In this document: positions 9,808-12,060 of the stretch, piece after piece
Layout of the letters: every line of letters begins with the position of its first letter
Position numbering within the stretch: the first letter of the stretch is position 1
From: Nitrososphaeraceae archaeon
GTDB taxonomy: Archaea > Thermoproteota > Nitrososphaeria > Nitrososphaerales > Nitrososphaeraceae
Length of the DNA: 12,060 nucleotides
NCBI GenBank assembly: GCA_035250975.1
Contig: DATFEP010000034.1
Coordinates: 1 to 12,060 of the forward strand
Direction: 5' to 3'
Translations under genes and position numbers: made by a program
Notes under the pieces: model-generated
What the model saw: the letters and a program-made list of their open reading frames with translations, nothing else
Database searches by the model: none
Told to the model about the DNA's origin: nothing

Positions 9808-10517
9808 TTAATCAGAGCCTAATGAAGCAAAGTATACTGTTTCACCTACACGAATATTTCCTTTTACACAAGATTTACAAAACGAACGTGTTTCATAGAG
9901 TCGATCATCAATCACTTCATAACTAGTGTTTGTCTTGTTATGATCTCGGCAGTTTTTGCACATGGTGTTGATGCAGACAAAGTCAAACTTCGAAATCTTC
10001 CAGAATTCGTTTTCACGTTCCAGTGGATCAACATCTTTCTTTTCCTTCTTATCTGATGCTTTAACAAAGGCCGCAGCTTTTGGACGAGATGTTTTGACAT
10101 AGATGATGTCCTCATTATCATCAGTCTTAATATATTTAATACATGGAATATAAAACTAGTTGACAATTTTTATCAGCTTGCCTTAGTTTTGATTCCATTA
10201 GGCTTGCTGGACATTGTCTTCTTGTTCTCAGTGAAGGTATCACTATCTAAAACGATCAAAAGTTAATATAAATTAATACAATAAAATCATGTCATCTTAT
10301 TAATAAAACGTTATAACATACCATCGCTAGCTGCTCGTTTTTTAATTTGTCTTGATTGTACAGATGATGACTCACTTTCTTAAAGACTATATTAATTAAT
10401 GTACCATATTAATTATTTTGTAAAGAAAATACTTTTGTCATTGAGAGCCGTCTTTTTGTTGTTGGGTATATCACTAAGCTTTCTTGCACCAGGGATAATG
10501 TTATTTGCTCCAGGCAT
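9808..10517 (-). CDS. Predicted Cys4 zinc-finger protein, about 174 aa; exons 10517-10433, 10378-10322, 10246-10182, 10125-9808
   Basis: A 106-codon stop-free last exon, absent from the ORF track, contains CKNC-x23-CKSC. It is joined to a K/S-rich N-terminus (MPGANNIIPGARK..QIKKRAASD..) through introns of 54 and 75 nt (GT-AG) and 56 nt (AAG|GCAAG..TTAAG, GC-AG), all preserving frame. Confidence 0.65.
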
Positions 10518-10703
10518 GATGTTTAATTAGGCGTAATTAATGTATAATATAAGTTAATTTTTCTATAGAGAAGATGAATCAATATTGCTAAAGCTTGTCA
10601 AATTAATAAACTTTGGAGGGAATATCGATTGAATGTATACATATGTACATGCATGAACATCAATAATAAGTTCCACCTACTCAAAACTAGGTCAAATGAC
10701 CTG

Positions 10704-10736
10704 TGATGCGTCGCGGCTTAGATTGATGCGTCGCGG
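10704..10736. repeat. Direct repeat TGATGCGTCGCGG x2 (period 20 bp)
   Basis: Identical 13-mers at 10704-10716 and 10724-10736, CpG-rich in an AT-rich background. Confidence 0.9.
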
Positions 10737-10918
10737 TCAGTTGTGTAATTCTTTTACTTTTTCCTTTAAACTAAGGCTGATTTGGTGTATTTCATCACCC
10801 TTTTTTCGTTAAGCTCCGCCCACTCGTGCCAGGCTCTTTAACGAATGATGTGTATGTACATGTAAACAACTTAGCCACACGGGAATATGACCTAATTTTA
10901 GTGCTGTGCAGGCAGTAG

Positions 10919-11083
10919 ATGGCGTTACTTTATAACACATAGGTATATGCGCAGTACTTTCTAGCATGGCGTCACTTTATAACACATAGGTATATGCGCA
11001 GTACTTGCTAGCATGGCGTCACTTTATAACACATAGGTATATGCGCAGAACTTTCTAGAATGGCGTCACTTTATAACACATAG
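10919..11083. repeat. Tandem repeat, 47-bp unit, about 3.5 copies
   Basis: Unit ATGGCGTCACTTTATAACACATAGGTATATGCGCAGTACTTTCTAGC starts at 10919, 10966, 11013 and 11060 (partial), with 1-2 mismatches per copy and no spacers. Confidence 0.97.
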
Positions 11084-11225
11084 ATATATATATATTATGC
11101 AATCGATTACGAAATAACTAGTTTAGATAGTTGCGTAATTTGTTTATACGTTAATTACCTGCTTTAGTTAGTTTATTGTATGTTAAATTTCCTTTAGCAT
11201 AGCTACTGATAAATTTAAAACTAAA

Positions 11226-12047
11226 ATGTCAACGGAACACATAAATACAAAACCATTGATTGAAGTATTAATTGCGACATTTAAATGCAATCGATCTGCA
11301 TTACAAGATAAACTTAACCATCCTTTGGCATTGAACAAAGTTTTATCGATTATAAGAGGAAACCAACTACAAACAATATACAAGGATAGAAATGGGCGAA
11401 AGAAAGAAGTAAAATGTTCATGGTTATCGATTAAGCCTGCAAGCTCGCAACCAGCATATGAAGGATACTTAAACAGTCATTAATTTAATAAATAATTCTT
11501 AATATAATTATTTTTAGTAAGTGTGCAACAACATTTTTATTGTCGACATAGAATTCGACTCGAATACCCCCATATGAAATGCATTGTAGAAGAACATAAG
11601 AATGGGCATAATAAATATTATCCCATCGAACTGCTTGAAATTATTCTACCGGAAAACCTTCAAAAGGTTTGTGTTCAGAATTACAATGTTTAAATATATT
11701 TTACTTAAATGATAGGAGGAAGAAAATGTTAGCCCTCCTACAGGTTTAAATGATACCGTAAGTGGCTGGACTGATAGCGAAGACGAGGACTCAAATAGTG
11801 CAGGAACGCAGGATGGGGGAGATCTACCTACATATACAGAGGTCAAAAAGACTGTGATGGAAAAAATATTAAAGGTTTAATATTTCTGACTTATGTAGAC
11901 TCTTCACATAAATAATTCAATGACAAGGAAGAAAAGGAGACGCAGACACCGAAGACAGAAAAAAACAGACCGTATGCAGTAATCACACTCTCTGATGATG
12001 AAGAGTTAGACGATATACTTAGACAATATTGGTCTAGTTTCTATTAA
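11226..12047 (+). CDS. Stand-alone PAZ-domain protein with acidic C-terminal tail, about 225 aa; exons 11226-11475, 11518-11666, 11716-11874, 11928-12047
   Basis: A 42-nt intron (11476-11517) extends the ORF into ISVQQHFYCRHRIRLEYPHMKCIVEEHKNGHNKYYPIELLEII, matching the Argonaute PAZ signature (TV.qYF...Y.i.L.YP.LPC....YlP.El..I). Further introns of 49 and 53 nt (last acceptor weak). AATAAA at 12046-12051 overlaps the stop. Confidence 0.8.
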
Positions 12048-12060
12048 TAAAGGTGGAAAT

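Larger units (their letters stand above)
379..10517 (-). mobile_element. Maverick/Polinton virus-like transposon, internal segment (boundaries outside the window or not recognisable)
   Basis: Co-oriented cluster of adenain-like protease, major and minor capsid proteins, retroviral-like integrase with chromodomain and A32/FtsK-like packaging ATPase, which is the diagnostic Polinton gene set. No protein-primed DNA polymerase B or TIR is visible. Confidence 0.95.
10520..11225. promoter_or_regulatory. Putative bidirectional promoter / control region between the minus-strand gene block and the PAZ gene
   Basis: Only long non-coding gap, flanked by divergent ATGs. Contains GC-box CTCCGCCC (10814-10821), AGGTCAaaTGACCT (10689-10702), a duplicated 13-mer and the 47-bp tandem array. 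Confidence 0.55.

Noticed and set aside
9912-10166. 84-aa minus-strand ORF as a gene
   Set aside because: It starts at a non-ATG codon inside a predicted intron and overlaps, in another frame, the longer exon carrying the CxxC..CxxC motif.
10919-11083. CRISPR array
   Set aside because: Units are contiguous with no unique spacers, no cas genes are present, and the context is eukaryotic.
10520-11225. Terminal inverted repeat or end of the element
   Set aside because: No partner repeat in the window and no recognisable Polinton terminal simple repeat. It cannot be supported, though it cannot be formally excluded without flanking sequence.
11183-11846. Minus-strand ORFs 11183..11383 and 11646..11846
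   Set aside because: Antisense to the exons of the PAZ gene.
11899-11982. Arg-rich alternative last exon (TRKKRRRRHRRQKK) for the PAZ gene via the AG at 11898
   Set aside because: It would need a 24-nt intron, shorter than any other here (minimum 36 nt). It is probably the alternate frame of a purine-rich exon.
11226-12047. Full-length host Argonaute or Dicer gene
   Set aside because: The ATG lies just before the PAZ region, and a stop plus AATAAA follow a short acidic tail. There is no N, MID, PIWI or RNase III sequence.

Overview
AT-rich eukaryotic DNA holding the structural and integration half of a Maverick/Polinton (virus-like DNA transposon). The fragmented ORF track is explained by about 20 short spliceosomal introns (36-75 nt). 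Removing them by hand gives intact, in-frame genes. On the minus strand, in transcription order: a Cys4 zinc-finger protein (10517-9808, one GC-AG intron), a small ORF, the packaging ATPase, two conserved Maverick core-type ORFs, a DDE integrase with chromodomain, the minor capsid protein with a large insertion, a small spliced ORF, a pVI/core-like protein, the major capsid protein, a small type-I membrane glycoprotein and the adenain-like protease. A non-coding region with a 47-bp tandem repeat separates this block from a divergent plus-strand gene (11226-12047). Once spliced, that gene encodes a stand-alone PAZ (Argonaute-type small-RNA-binding) domain with an acidic tail, a candidate anti-RNAi or small-RNA decoy and the most interesting signal here. 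Intron size and composition suggest a nematode host (inference). The DNA polymerase and terminal inverted repeats are not in the window, so the element boundaries are unknown. All splice models are manual predictions without transcript data.
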